From assembly GCA_020636255.1 (NCBI GenBank), contig JACJYE010000003.1:125538-189537 (forward strand): a DNA stretch of 64,000 bases. The letters run 5' to 3'. Source of the stretch: Lewinellaceae bacterium. Its GTDB lineage: Bacteria; Bacteroidota; Bacteroidia; Chitinophagales; Saprospiraceae. A program made the position numbers and the translations under genes. The notes beneath the pieces were generated by a model. The model saw only the letters and a list, made by a program, of their open reading frames with translations, made no database searches and was not told the origin of the DNA. Positions 31,176 through 40,493 of the stretch are shown here, in pieces (positions within the stretch are counted from its first letter, which is position 1; each line of letters opens with the position of its first letter).

Positions 31176-32825
31176 TTACTTCTCCTTCTCCTCCGCCTTC
31201 GGCTTCTCTCCATTCTCCACCTGTTCCGTGTTCTTCGCCAGGTATTCGGGCAGGTTCAGGCCCGACTGGTTCATGAACTCGCTCAGGGCAGGGATGGATT
31301 TGAACAGGCCGCTCAGGAAACTGGAAGTCCCCTGGCCGTCGCCACCGTCGAAAACGGTCACCTTGTCGAACTTGATGTTCTTGATCGCCTCAGCCTGTAT
31401 CTTGGCCAGTTCCGGTATCTTGTCCACGAGCAGCAGGCCGATAGCAGCCTGCGCGTTGCCGTTTGCGGCATCTACGAGCTTCTGGAAACCGGTGGCTTGT
31501 GCATCCAGCACCTTTTTGATCCCTTCAGCCTGGGCCTGGTAATGGGCCAGCACAGCTGATGCCTCCCCTTCTGCTACTTTGCGCTTCTGCTCCGCCTCCG
31601 CTTCCGCGGCGATCACGGTCTTTTCCTTATTGATCTGGGACTGTACCACCTCGTTGGCGCGGCGGGCGGCCAACTCACGATCCTTGCGGGCATCTTCGGC
31701 CTCTTTCTGGGCCAGGAAGGCCAGCTTCTGAGCTTCTGCCTCTGCTGTTTGTTCCGCTACGATAGCGCTCTTGTTGGCTTCGGCCACTCTTTGCCTGCGT
31801 TCGGCGTCCGACAAGGCGATCTGCACATCCGCCAGGTTCTTGCCCTTGGTCGCTTCGGCCTGGGCGTTTTTTTCGCCGATCTCGGCAGCAGAATTCGCAG
31901 CGGCCACCTTGATACGCCGTTCTCTGTCCGCTTCCATCTCGCCGATCTCGGCGGCCGTATTCGCAGTGGCCACTCGGGTACGGCGGTCTCTGTCGGCCTC
32001 TTTTTCACCGATCTCAGCTTCCGATTCCGCAGCGGCCACCAGGGTACGCCGCTCCTTGGCCGCTTCGGCCTGGCCAATAGCGCCGGTGCGTTCCTCTCTG
32101 GCCACCTTCACCTTGGCTTCGTTGATGGCCTTGGCGGCAGCCTCCTGCCCCAGGGCCTTGATGTAACTCGACTCATCGTGAATATCCGTCACGTTGACGT
32201 TGATGAGGTCGAGGCCGATCTTGTGAAGCTCATTGCCCACGTGCTCATATACAGAGGTGACGAACTTGTCGCGGTCGGCGTTCAGTTCCTCAATATCCAT
32301 ATTGGCGATCACCAGGCGCATCTGGCCCATGATGATATCGTGCGCCAGCGAGCGGATCGTTTCCTTGGGCATGCCCAGCAGGCGCTCGGCAGCCGCTTTC
32401 ATCAAGACCGGCTCATTGCTGATAGCGACCGTAAACTGGGCAGGCACCGATACCCGGATGTTCTGTTTGGACAATGCATCCTGCAGGTTCACATCGATCG
32501 ACATCGGCTGGAGGTCGAGGTACTGAAAGTCCTGAATGACAGGCCATACAAAGGCCGCGCCGCCGTGGATACATTTGGCGCTGCCCTGTCCCGTTCTACC
32601 GTAAATCACCAGGATCTTATCGGACGGGCAACGGCGGTAACGCGAAATGAAGAACCAGAGCAGCATTAGGAAAACGGCAATGACCACCAGTATAGGTAGT
32701 ACGATCGACATGCTGCTGCCCATCAGCCCGTCATCGTATTGGGCAAGCAGCGGTGTGGCGAGCAAGAGTATAGCCCCCAGCATCAGGAGCCTGGTAACAC
32801 GAAAAGTGAGAATGCGAGCTATCAT
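31176..32825 (-). CDS. Flotillin-like SPFH/Band-7 protein (YqiK-type).
   Basis: N-terminal membrane anchor, SPFH core 'ILVIYGRTG...FVWPVIQDFQYLDLQPMSIDV', and long Ala/Glu-rich flotillin coiled-coil repeats 'AEIGEKEADRDRRTRVA / AEIGEMEADRERRIKVA'. Confidence 0.9.
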   Translation of the reverse strand: MIARILTFRVTRLLMLGAILLLATPLLAQYDDGLMGSSMSIVLPILVVIAVFLMLLWFFISRYRRCPSDKILVIYGRTGQGSAKCIHGGAAFVWPVIQDFQYLDLQPMSIDVNLQDALSKQNIRVSVPAQFTVAISNEPVLMKAAAERLLGMPKETIRSLAHDIIMGQMRLVIANMDIEELNADRDKFVTSVYEHVGNELHKIGLDLINVNVTDIHDESSYIKALGQEAAAKAINEAKVKVAREERTGAIGQAEAAKERRTLVAAAESEAEIGEKEADRDRRTRVATANTAAEIGEMEADRERRIKVAAANSAAEIGEKNAQAEATKGKNLADVQIALSDAERRQRVAEANKSAIVAEQTAEAEAQKLAFLAQKEAEDARKDRELAARRANEVVQSQINKEKTVIAAEAEAEQKRKVAEGEASAVLAHYQAQAEGIKKVLDAQATGFQKLVDAANGNAQAAIGLLLVDKIPELAKIQAEAIKNIKFDKVTVFDGGDGQGTSSFLSGLFKSIPALSEFMNQSGLNLPEYLAKNTEQVENGEKPKAEEKEK

Positions 32826-32837
32826 GTTTTGGTTTTT

Positions 32838-33404
32838 TTATTCTCCTAAAGGCGTCACGACAACGAGATCTTCCTTTGCTTCCACGACCAGCACTTTCTC
32901 GTGGGTGCCGATAGCCTGGCCGTCCTGGGAAATAGCCGTGACCTCCCGGTTGGCGTTCTCGATCTGCACGACTACCCGGCCTTTTCCGCCGGCAGGTATC
33001 GGCACGTATACCGTACCCGTTTTACCTTCAGCCTGCCACAGGTGCCAGTTGCCCTCCTCCTGGTTTTTTAATAGCCAACGGAAGAACCAGGTCAGCAATA
33101 GTACGGCCGCAACGCCGGCCAGCAACGCCGTAAGCGCTACGAGGGCCCACGACCAGGATGTGTTCAGAAATATCGCACGTGCAGTGAACGCACCGACCGA
33201 AATAAAGGTGAGCAGTGTTTTGAGCAGGCCGAGTGAACCGGCGCCGGCGTCCACACCAGCGGCATCTATATCTCCTCCACCTGCATCGACATCCACGTCG
33301 CCGCCTATTTCCATCCCACTAAAGATTGAGATCAGCAGCAGAAGGATGAGCAACCCGCCGGCCAAAGTACCGGCCCAAAACAAAAGGTTCAGCATATCTT
33401 GCAT
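32838..33404 (-). CDS. NfeD/YqiJ-like membrane protein (operon partner of flotillin).
   Basis: Two N-terminal TM regions separated by a Gly/Asp/Ala-rich linker, and a C-terminal OB-fold-like 'GTVYVPIPAGGKGRVVVQIENANREVTAISQDGQAIGTHEKVLVVEAKEDLVVVTPL'. Immediately upstream of and co-oriented with the flotillin gene. Confidence 0.65.
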   Translation of the reverse strand: MQDMLNLLFWAGTLAGGLLILLLLISIFSGMEIGGDVDVDAGGGDIDAAGVDAGAGSLGLLKTLLTFISVGAFTARAIFLNTSWSWALVALTALLAGVAAVLLLTWFFRWLLKNQEEGNWHLWQAEGKTGTVYVPIPAGGKGRVVVQIENANREVTAISQDGQAIGTHEKVLVVEAKEDLVVVTPLGE

Positions 33405-33707
33405 AGCAATGCTCTTAGTAACAATCCGACGACTTCTTGAACACTACTTAGTGTAGTGAATATCCATCTTTTAGGCTGTTTTTCCAAACTTGATTCTACG
33501 AAGCTGCTCCGCCAGACGTCGAAGTACGTTTTTTTTCAGTACAGATGCCGAAGCGGCGGAGCCGCCGTCTCACCCGGAAGGCCTCAAAAATATAGCGCCC
33601 GTGAAGCCGTAACTCCACGGGCGCAATTCTTAAAAAGTAGCTTCTGATTAATTTGAAACCTTCAATTTAGGATATTGATATGGGAAAAGCAAGCCCCGGG
33701 CTTAGTT

Positions 33708-34688
33708 TCAGCCGAAAGCCCCCGCCTTCCACGGCTTGCTGAAAGCATTGGTAGGTTCCTGAAAAGGCTCTCCTGCCTGCTTGGAAAGCGGCAAAGACGC
33801 CATCCTTTCCGGGCTTTCAGCCGTTAGGCCATACACTTTGGCGAAGCGTCTCGTAGCGGACATGATGTTGAAACGAATGGATTCGAAACCGCTTTTCAGG
33901 TCGATGATGCCGTATGAACTAGGGTCGAAATAGCGGTTGAGGCGGCTCTGGATGCAGTAGCGGCCCATTACCCAGGGATAGGCCCACAGCCAGATGTGAA
34001 AAGGCGCCGAAGCGATAAAGGCCAGCACATGGTGCCAGCGGTGGCGGCCCTGGACAAAGGCGTAATGATGGGCCAGCACATGGCGCCCCAGGTGGTTGAG
34101 GTGAATGAAGTAAAAAAGCTTTGCATTTCTGGGGGTCCGAAAGGCGGCCTGTAAAAAGGCCTTCTCAGCGGAAACGCCCTTACCTTTCCATCCCAGGTCG
34201 CGAATGGCCATCCTTTTGATCGTAATATCGCCCTGTTTGCCGAGCTGTTCATGCAGTTGGTCCCACAGGAAGCCGCCCAGCCGTTCCGTCAGTTCCTCCA
34301 CATCCTGTTGGGTGGCGCCTTCCTCAAGCCCTACAGGAAAAACGGTATGGTACACCAGCTTTCCATAGCGAAAAAAAAGCCGCCCGCCCTTGAAATGGTC
34401 CCGCGGTTCTTTATCCAGATAGCGGTCGACAAAATAAGCCACCGCCGCGAACAGCATAGCGGCCAGCGCGATGACGGCAAGTGGAATAGCCAAACCCGCA
34501 GCCAGGTCTGCCTCCCAGCTTGCCCGATAGTGCGGTAGCCGGTTGAGGGCAAAACAGATCACAGCATACAGGCTAATGAAAAAGGCCGTTTTTAGCAGGC
34601 TTGCCGCCACGTTGCGGAAAGAGAAGTATAGGGCCAGCAAAAGCAGGAATGCCGCCAGGTATTGTATGGCCAGTGAAGTCGCTATCAT
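33708..34688 (-). CDS. Hypothetical polytopic membrane protein with His-cluster motifs.
   Basis: Four N-terminal TM helices, then 'FIHLNHLGRHVLAHHYAFVQGRHRWHHVLAF' (HxxH, HH, HxxHH arrangement). Family not confidently recognised. Start at internal Met 34688; the ORF-track start at 34871 would overlap the next gene. Confidence 0.55.
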   Translation of the reverse strand: MIATSLAIQYLAAFLLLLALYFSFRNVAASLLKTAFFISLYAVICFALNRLPHYRASWEADLAAGLAIPLAVIALAAMLFAAVAYFVDRYLDKEPRDHFKGGRLFFRYGKLVYHTVFPVGLEEGATQQDVEELTERLGGFLWDQLHEQLGKQGDITIKRMAIRDLGWKGKGVSAEKAFLQAAFRTPRNAKLFYFIHLNHLGRHVLAHHYAFVQGRHRWHHVLAFIASAPFHIWLWAYPWVMGRYCIQSRLNRYFDPSSYGIIDLKSGFESIRFNIMSATRRFAKVYGLTAESPERMASLPLSKQAGEPFQEPTNAFSKPWKAGAFG

Positions 34689-34780
34689 AGTATGCCGTTG
34701 TAGTTTTCTCGTTGGGTAAAGGCCCGGGCATACTGTTTTACGGAGCAATCGGGATTTTGTTACCTTCCGGCCTGTTGGCC

Positions 34781-35035
34781 TTAATAATACTTCCTGATCT
34801 TCCGCCGCACGTACACCATGCGCAACCCTCCTATCAGTAATATGACAGGCGCGATAGATAGCAGGAACCACCCCAGGTGGCGGATCTCGTGCAGGGCTGA
34901 CATCTGCAGTATGGCAAAACCCGAGCTCAGGAAAACGATGGCAGTGCGGAAATAAGCGAGGAAAGTGCGCTCATTGGCCAGGCGGGTACGTTCGATGGCG
35001 AGATAGTCGCGTGTGATGAGTGGCTTTTCATCCAT
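34781..35035 (-). CDS. DUF202 (YidH-like) small membrane protein.
   Basis: 'DYLAIERTRLANERTFLAYFRTAIVFLSSGFAI' matches the DUF202 signature (LA.ERT.LAw.RT.l), followed by a second TM helix. Confidence 0.6.
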   Translation of the reverse strand: MDEKPLITRDYLAIERTRLANERTFLAYFRTAIVFLSSGFAILQMSALHEIRHLGWFLLSIAPVILLIGGLRMVYVRRKIRKYY

Positions 35036-35199
35036 GAAAATTCAGTTTTGACAAGATAACCACTACGCCTCTTGAAAAGTTGCCCTTGCAGGCAGTATAG
35101 GCCTTCAATGGCTCATCACAACTGGAGTTTGTTACAAAAAATCTAAAAAATGGGGTTTCCCTTGCATTTCTTTGCGATACCCTATACTTTTGTTCCTTC

Positions 35200-35301
35200 A
35201 TGTATCAGGCCATAGCACATATCATTCCTTCCACTTCCCACAACGGGCCATACGGCGCCGTTTGTGTTGCTATGAGCCGACGTGCACGCCGCCGCCCTTA
35301 G
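35200..35301 (+). promoter_or_regulatory. Candidate arginine-rich leader peptide ORF upstream of the arg operon.
   Basis: ATG at 35200 (alternative ATG at 35272) to TAG at 35299-35301 encodes 'MYQAIAHIIPSTSHNGPYGAVCVAMSRRARRRP*'. Five of the last eight codons are Arg (cga cgt cgc cgc cgc). The ORF ends 169 nt before the GNAT/arg operon start in a 434-bp intergenic region containing a U-tract (35425-35437). Confidence 0.35.
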
Positions 35302-35469
35302 GGGCGCTTCACGATCATATTACCCATCCCGGGTAGGCCTGTTCAGCCTTCCCAATTCCCTGAAAGATAAAACCAGGTTAAAAAGTATTTCATTACGCGC
35401 CCCTTGGGCCATTTCTGAAACAGGTTTTCTTTTTTTCACCTCCGCCACGCCGGTTAAAAACAAGCCTGG

Positions 35470-36078
35470 ATGGCGGGAAAAAACATCGACGCACAAGAGA
35501 TGCAATTCACCATCGAGATCGCCGGCCCGTTACACGAGGCCTACGCAGAAGCCATTTGCGAACTGATCAAAGAATCAGCCAAAGCCCGTGGCACGGGCAT
35601 CGCCGAGCGCCAGCCGGCCTATATCCGCGAGAAGATGCGCCACGGGAAAGCCGTCATCGCCCTGCTCGGCGATACCCTGGCCGGATTTTGTTACATCGAA
35701 TCCTGGAGCCACGGCCGCTACGTGGCCAACTCGGGGCTCATCGTAGCACCCGAATTTCGCAAACACGGCCTGGCCAAGGCTATCAAAAAACAAGCCTTCG
35801 AACTGTCGCGCGACCTCTACCCGGAAGCGCGCCTATTTGGCATCACGACCAGCCTGCCCGTCATGCGCATCAACTCGGAACTGGGCTACAAGCCCGTCAC
35901 CTTCTCCGAACTCACCCAGGATGAGGAATTCTGGAAAGGCTGCCGGTCCTGCCCCAACTTCGACATCCTGGAACGCAACCAGCGCCGCATGTGCCTCTGT
36001 ACCGCCATGATGGCCCCCTCTAAAGTAGAGGATATGCAGTACGACCTGTCGCACCTGGTGGTGAATTCTATCTGGTAA
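35470..36078 (+). CDS. GNAT-family N-acetyltransferase, first gene of the Bacteroidetes-type arginine cluster (probable amino-acid N-acyltransferase).
   Basis: 202 aa with GNAT acetyl-CoA motif region 'RKHGLAKAIKKQAFELS'. Genomic position directly upstream of argG-argC-argD-argF'-argB-argE-argH. Confidence 0.8.
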   Translation: MAGKNIDAQEMQFTIEIAGPLHEAYAEAICELIKESAKARGTGIAERQPAYIREKMRHGKAVIALLGDTLAGFCYIESWSHGRYVANSGLIVAPEFRKHGLAKAIKKQAFELSRDLYPEARLFGITTSLPVMRINSELGYKPVTFSELTQDEEFWKGCRSCPNFDILERNQRRMCLCTAMMAPSKVEDMQYDLSHLVVNSIW

Positions 36079-36082
36079 TCAC

Positions 36083-36122
36083 GCTAGGGATGCCATCCCT
36101 ATAGGGATGGCATCCCTAGCGA
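36083..36122. promoter_or_regulatory. Perfect 40-bp palindrome (two nested 13-bp palindromes) between the GNAT gene and argG.
   Basis: 'cgctagggatgccatcccta|tagggatggcatccctagcg'. Each half contains 'GGGATG(C/G)CATCCC'. It lies 5 bp after the GNAT stop and 13 bp before the argG start. Confidence 0.5.
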
Positions 36123-36135
36123 AACAACATGAAAA

Positions 36136-37347
36136 ATGACTACCTCCAAAGTCGTCCTCGCCTACAGCGGGGGATTGGATACTTCCTTTTGCATCAAATA
36201 CCTCTCCGTCGAAAAAGGGCTGGAAGTGCACGCCCTCACGGTCAACACCGGCGGCTTCAGCGATGAGGAGATCGCCAGTATCGGGGAACGCGCCCGGCAG
36301 CTGGGCGCCGCCAGCTTTAAAGCTGTTGACGCTGTGCCCGAGTACTACGACAAGTGCCTCCGCTACCTCGTCTACGGCAATGTATTGCGCAATAATACCT
36401 ACCCGCTTTCCGTGAGCGCCGAACGGGTGTTCCAGGCGCTGGAGGCGGCGAAATACGCACAGCTCATCGGGGCACAGGCTGTGGCCCATGGCAGCACCGG
36501 CGCCGGAAACGACCAGGTGCGCTTCGACCTGGCCTTCCAGGTATTGGGTAGCAACCTGGAAGTGATCACCCCAATCCGTGAGCTGAAACTGTCGCGCCAG
36601 CAGGAAATCGAATACCTGCAAAAACATGGTATCGACTGGCCCTGGTCCAAAGCCCGGTACTCCATCAACCAGGGCATCTGGGGCACCAGCGTAGGTGGCG
36701 CCGAAACGCTTACTTCCGATCAACCCCTGCCGGAATCAGCCTATCCCTCACAACTAAAGGCCGGCACACCGAAAAAAGTGGCCCTGCAATTCGTCAAAGG
36801 CGAACTCACCGGTATCGACGGGCAGCCTTTCGAACACCCCAGCCAGGCCATCCACGCCCTGCAACAACTGGCCGCACCCTACGCCATAGGGCGCGACATC
36901 CACGTCGGCGACACCATCATCGGCATCAAAGGACGGGTGGGCTTCGAGGCCGCAGCGCCACTCATCATCATCAAAGCGCACCACTTGCTGGAAAAACACG
37001 TGCTCACCAAATGGCAGCAGTACTGGAAAGACCAACTGGCCAACTGGTACGGCATGCTGCTGCATGAAGGCCAATACCTCGAACCCGTCATGCGCAACAT
37101 CGAAACTTTCCTTGAAGATACGCAGCAGAACGTCAGCGGACAGGTGTTCGTACAGCTCCACCCCTACCGCTTCGAACTGCTGGGCATCGAGTCGGCCTAC
37201 GACCTGATGAATAGCGGCTTCGGCCAGTACGGCGAGATGAACAAGGCCTGGACGGGCGATGACGTCAAAGGCTTCACCACTATGCTGGCCAACTCCTTGA
37301 AGATCCATCATTTTGTCAACCACCAAAACGAACAGGGACATGATTAA
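36136..37347 (+). CDS. argG: Argininosuccinate synthase.
   Basis: 'KVVLAYSGGLDTSFCIKYL' PP-loop motif (SGGxDTS). 403 aa. Confidence 0.95.
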   Translation: MTTSKVVLAYSGGLDTSFCIKYLSVEKGLEVHALTVNTGGFSDEEIASIGERARQLGAASFKAVDAVPEYYDKCLRYLVYGNVLRNNTYPLSVSAERVFQALEAAKYAQLIGAQAVAHGSTGAGNDQVRFDLAFQVLGSNLEVITPIRELKLSRQQEIEYLQKHGIDWPWSKARYSINQGIWGTSVGGAETLTSDQPLPESAYPSQLKAGTPKKVALQFVKGELTGIDGQPFEHPSQAIHALQQLAAPYAIGRDIHVGDTIIGIKGRVGFEAAAPLIIIKAHHLLEKHVLTKWQQYWKDQLANWYGMLLHEGQYLEPVMRNIETFLEDTQQNVSGQVFVQLHPYRFELLGIESAYDLMNSGFGQYGEMNKAWTGDDVKGFTTMLANSLKIHHFVNHQNEQGHD

Positions 37348-38296
37348 AGCCGGCATTATCGGCGGGGCCGGATACACCGCCGGCGAACTGATCCGCATCC
37401 TGCTCTGGCATCCGGAAGTAGAGCTGGCCTTCGTACAGAGCCGCAGCCAGGCCGGCAAACCCGTCAGCAGCATCCACCAGGACCTGCTCGGCGACTGCCT
37501 GCTCGCTTTCACCGCCGAACCCAGCTTCGACGTAGATGTGCTCTTTTTTTGCATGGGCCATGGCGAGTCGGTGAAATTCCTGGAAACACACACCCTACCG
37601 GAAAAACTGATCGCGATCGACCTGAGCCACGATTTCCGATGGGCGGAAGGGTACACCTATGGCTTGCCTGAATTGCAACGGGAGGCTATCAGCACGAGCA
37701 CACGCATCGCCAATCCGGGTTGCTTCGCTACCGCCATTCAGCTCGGCCTGTTGCCCCTCGCCAAAGCCAAAGCGCTACACGACGAGGTTCACATACACGC
37801 CGTCACAGGCTCTACCGGAGCGGGACAGTCGCTACAGGATACCTCCCATTTCAGCTGGCGCACCAACAACCTTTCCATCTACAAACCGTTCCGGCACCAG
37901 CACCTGGCAGAGATCAGTAAAAGCCTGCAACACCTGCAGCCGGGGTTTGCCCACGCCCTCAACTTCATCCCCCTGCGGGGCAATTTCACGCGGGGTATCT
38001 TCGCCAGCCTGTATACCAATACCCATTTGAGTATAGAGGAACTCCGACAGCGCTACCAGGAATATTACCAGGGCCACCCCTTCGTACACATCAGCCCCGA
38101 CAACCCTAACCTCAAACAGGTGGCGAATACCAACAAAGCCATACTCTACCTGGAGAAATACGGCGACAAAGTGCTGATCATCAGCCTCATCGACAACCTG
38201 CTTAAAGGCGCTTCCGGCCAGGCCGTTCAGAATATGAACCTCGCCCTGGGCCTGAGCGAAACGGCTGGCCTGAGGCTGAAGGCAATGGCTTTTTGA
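37340..38296 (+). CDS. argC: N-acetyl-gamma-glutamyl-phosphate reductase.
   Basis: 'MIKAGIIGGAGYTAGELIRILLWHPEVEL' NAD-binding N-terminus and 'NPGCFATAIQLGLLPL' active-site Cys block. Overlaps the argG stop by 8 bp. Confidence 0.93.
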   Translation: MIKAGIIGGAGYTAGELIRILLWHPEVELAFVQSRSQAGKPVSSIHQDLLGDCLLAFTAEPSFDVDVLFFCMGHGESVKFLETHTLPEKLIAIDLSHDFRWAEGYTYGLPELQREAISTSTRIANPGCFATAIQLGLLPLAKAKALHDEVHIHAVTGSTGAGQSLQDTSHFSWRTNNLSIYKPFRHQHLAEISKSLQHLQPGFAHALNFIPLRGNFTRGIFASLYTNTHLSIEELRQRYQEYYQGHPFVHISPDNPNLKQVANTNKAILYLEKYGDKVLIISLIDNLLKGASGQAVQNMNLALGLSETAGLRLKAMAF

Positions 38297-38356
38297 ATGT
38301 TGGTTACGGAATGTCGTATGCGGCCTCCTGTCCATGAGGCCTAAAAAACACAAACC

Positions 38357-39508
38357 ATGAAATTATTCGATGTATACCCCCTCTTCGACATCCAGCCCGT
38401 GCGGGGCAAAGGGTGTTATGTTTACGATGAAAAAGGCCAGCCCTACCTCGACCTGTATGGCGGCCATGCCGTCATATCCATCGGCCACGGCCACCCGCAT
38501 TATGTGCAACAGGTGAAGGCCCAGCTGGAAACGCTGCCTTTTTACTCCAATTCCGTACAAAACCCGCTACAGGAATCGCTCGCGCTAAAGCTGGGCCAGC
38601 TGTCAGGCTGTGCGGAATACCAGCTGTTCCTTTGCAATTCCGGCGCTGAAGCTAATGAGAATGCGCTCAAGCTGGCCTCCTTCCGCAACGGCCGCAGCAA
38701 GGTGATCGCCTTCCGGCAGGGCTTCCACGGCCGCACCTCGGCAGCGGTGCGGGTGACCGACAACCCCGCCATACAGGCCGTGATCAACCACGGGTTCGAC
38801 GTGCTGTGGCATGAACTCAACGATACCGAAGGTGTACAGCAAAGCCTCGCCCAGGGCGATATCTGCGCCGTGATCGTTGAAGGCATCCAGGGTATCGGCG
38901 GCATTTACGTACCTGAGCCAGCTTTTCTGCAGGCCATCAAAAAAGGCTGCGAAGAACACGGCGCGGTACTCATCCTCGATGAGGTGCAGTCGGGCTACGG
39001 GCGCAGCGGGCAATTCTTCGCTTTTCAGCTGGCCGGCATCGAGCCCCACCTGATCACGGTGGCCAAGGGCATGGGCAACGGCTTCCCCATCGGTGGCGTG
39101 CTCATCCACCCGTCGTTCGAAGCAAAACATGGATTACTGGGCACCACCTTCGGGGGCAGCCACCTGGCCTGTGCTGCCGGGCTTGCGGTGCTTGACGTGA
39201 TCGAATCCGAACAACTGATGCAAAACGCTATAACGGTAGGCAACTACCTGAAACAGGAACTGGTAAAATTCGATCAGGTGCGGGAAGTACGGGGAGAGGG
39301 GTTGATGCTGGGCGCCACCTTCGATTTTCCGGTGGGCGCCCTGCGAAAGGCACTGCTGTTCGAAGAACACGTCTTCACCGGTTCGGCTTCCTGCCCCCGG
39401 ACGCTGCGCCTGCTGCCACCCCTTAGCCTGAGCCGCGAAGAGGCTTCCCGCTTCCTGGAAAAGCTGTCGGCCGTTCTTTCCAAAATGCTGAAAGCCTCAA
39501 CGACATGA
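38357..39508 (+). CDS. argD: Acetylornithine/succinylornithine aminotransferase (class III PLP aminotransferase).
   Basis: 'YLDLYGGHAVISIGHGHP', 'LILDEVQSGYGRSGQFFAF' (PLP-Lys region). Confidence 0.93.
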   Translation: MKLFDVYPLFDIQPVRGKGCYVYDEKGQPYLDLYGGHAVISIGHGHPHYVQQVKAQLETLPFYSNSVQNPLQESLALKLGQLSGCAEYQLFLCNSGAEANENALKLASFRNGRSKVIAFRQGFHGRTSAAVRVTDNPAIQAVINHGFDVLWHELNDTEGVQQSLAQGDICAVIVEGIQGIGGIYVPEPAFLQAIKKGCEEHGAVLILDEVQSGYGRSGQFFAFQLAGIEPHLITVAKGMGNGFPIGGVLIHPSFEAKHGLLGTTFGGSHLACAAGLAVLDVIESEQLMQNAITVGNYLKQELVKFDQVREVRGEGLMLGATFDFPVGALRKALLFEEHVFTGSASCPRTLRLLPPLSLSREEASRFLEKLSAVLSKMLKASTT

Positions 39509-40452
39509 AGCAGTTCACCTCCGTGCACGACGTAGCCAACCCCAAAGCGCTGGTGGAGAGCGCCCTCAAGCTCAAACATGCGCCGGTGGGCAGCCTCAAA
39601 GGCATCGGCGCCGGTAAAACCATCGTGATGTTGTTTTTTAACCCTAGCCTGCGCACCCGCCTGAGTACGGAAAAAGCGGCGCTAGAGCTGGGTATGTACG
39701 TCATCGAATACAATGCCGGCCAGGGCTGGCAGCTGGAGTTCGAAGACGGGGCGGTGATGGACGGCGATAAGGCCGAACACATCAGAGAAGCCGCCGCGGT
39801 CATCAGCCAGTACGCCGACATCATCGGTATCCGCACCTTCCCCACCCTGGCCGCCCGGGAGCGCGATTATTCCGATTTCGTTTTACGACAGTTCATACGC
39901 CACGCTACGGCGCCGGTCATTAGCCTGGAATCGGCCATCCGGCATCCTCTGCAATCGCTTGCTGATTGGGTAACTTTGGAAGAATACCGCCCGGCCCACA
40001 GGCCAAAAGTCGTACTGACATGGGCGCCACACCCGCGCGCGCTGCCACAGGCCGTGGCCAACTCTTTCGTAGAATGGATGAAAATGGCGGATGTGGAACT
40101 CGTTGTTACCCATCCCAAAGGCTACGAACTTGCCAATGAATTCAGCAGTGGACTGGCCATCGAATACAACCAGGACAAGGCCCTGGCCGGCGCCGATTTC
40201 GTTTACGCCAAAAACTGGTCGTCGTACCGGGAATACGGCCAGATCCTGAATCAGGATATTTCCTGGATGATCACGCCGGAAAAGATGGCGCATACCAACA
40301 ACGGCAAGTTCATGCACTGCCTGCCGGTGCGCCGCAACGTGATCGTGGCCGACGCCGTGCTCGACAGCCCGGCCTCGCTGGCCATCCAACAGGCGAACAA
40401 CCGGGCCTATGCTGCTATGGCCGTGCTCAAGGATATTTGCGAGGCGCTGTAA
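39505..40452 (+). CDS. argF: N-acyl-L-ornithine carbamoyltransferase (Bacteroidetes ArgF'-type transcarbamylase).
   Basis: 'MLFFNPSLRTRLSTEKAA' carbamoyl-phosphate-binding S(T)RTR motif, 'HCLPVRRN' ornithine-site motif. Unusual N-terminus typical of AOTCase/SOTCase rather than classical OTC. Confidence 0.88.
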   Translation: MKQFTSVHDVANPKALVESALKLKHAPVGSLKGIGAGKTIVMLFFNPSLRTRLSTEKAALELGMYVIEYNAGQGWQLEFEDGAVMDGDKAEHIREAAAVISQYADIIGIRTFPTLAARERDYSDFVLRQFIRHATAPVISLESAIRHPLQSLADWVTLEEYRPAHRPKVVLTWAPHPRALPQAVANSFVEWMKMADVELVVTHPKGYELANEFSSGLAIEYNQDKALAGADFVYAKNWSSYREYGQILNQDISWMITPEKMAHTNNGKFMHCLPVRRNVIVADAVLDSPASLAIQQANNRAYAAMAVLKDICEAL

Positions 40453-40493
40453 AAAACGATACTATTGTATAACCGGAACGCACACGACGTAGC

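Noticed and set aside
33405-33707. 300-bp gap downstream of the His-motif membrane protein gene, considered as an sRNA locus.
   Set aside because: It contains a plausible minus-strand terminator hairpin (gcgcccgtg...cacgggcgc + T-run) plus unremarkable sequence. No additional conserved-looking structure or ORF supports an RNA gene.
36128-36135. Alternative ATG at 36128 for argG.
   Set aside because: It is in a different frame from the conserved argininosuccinate synthase sequence. The ATG at 36136 gives the canonical MTTSKVVLAYSGGLDTS N-terminus.
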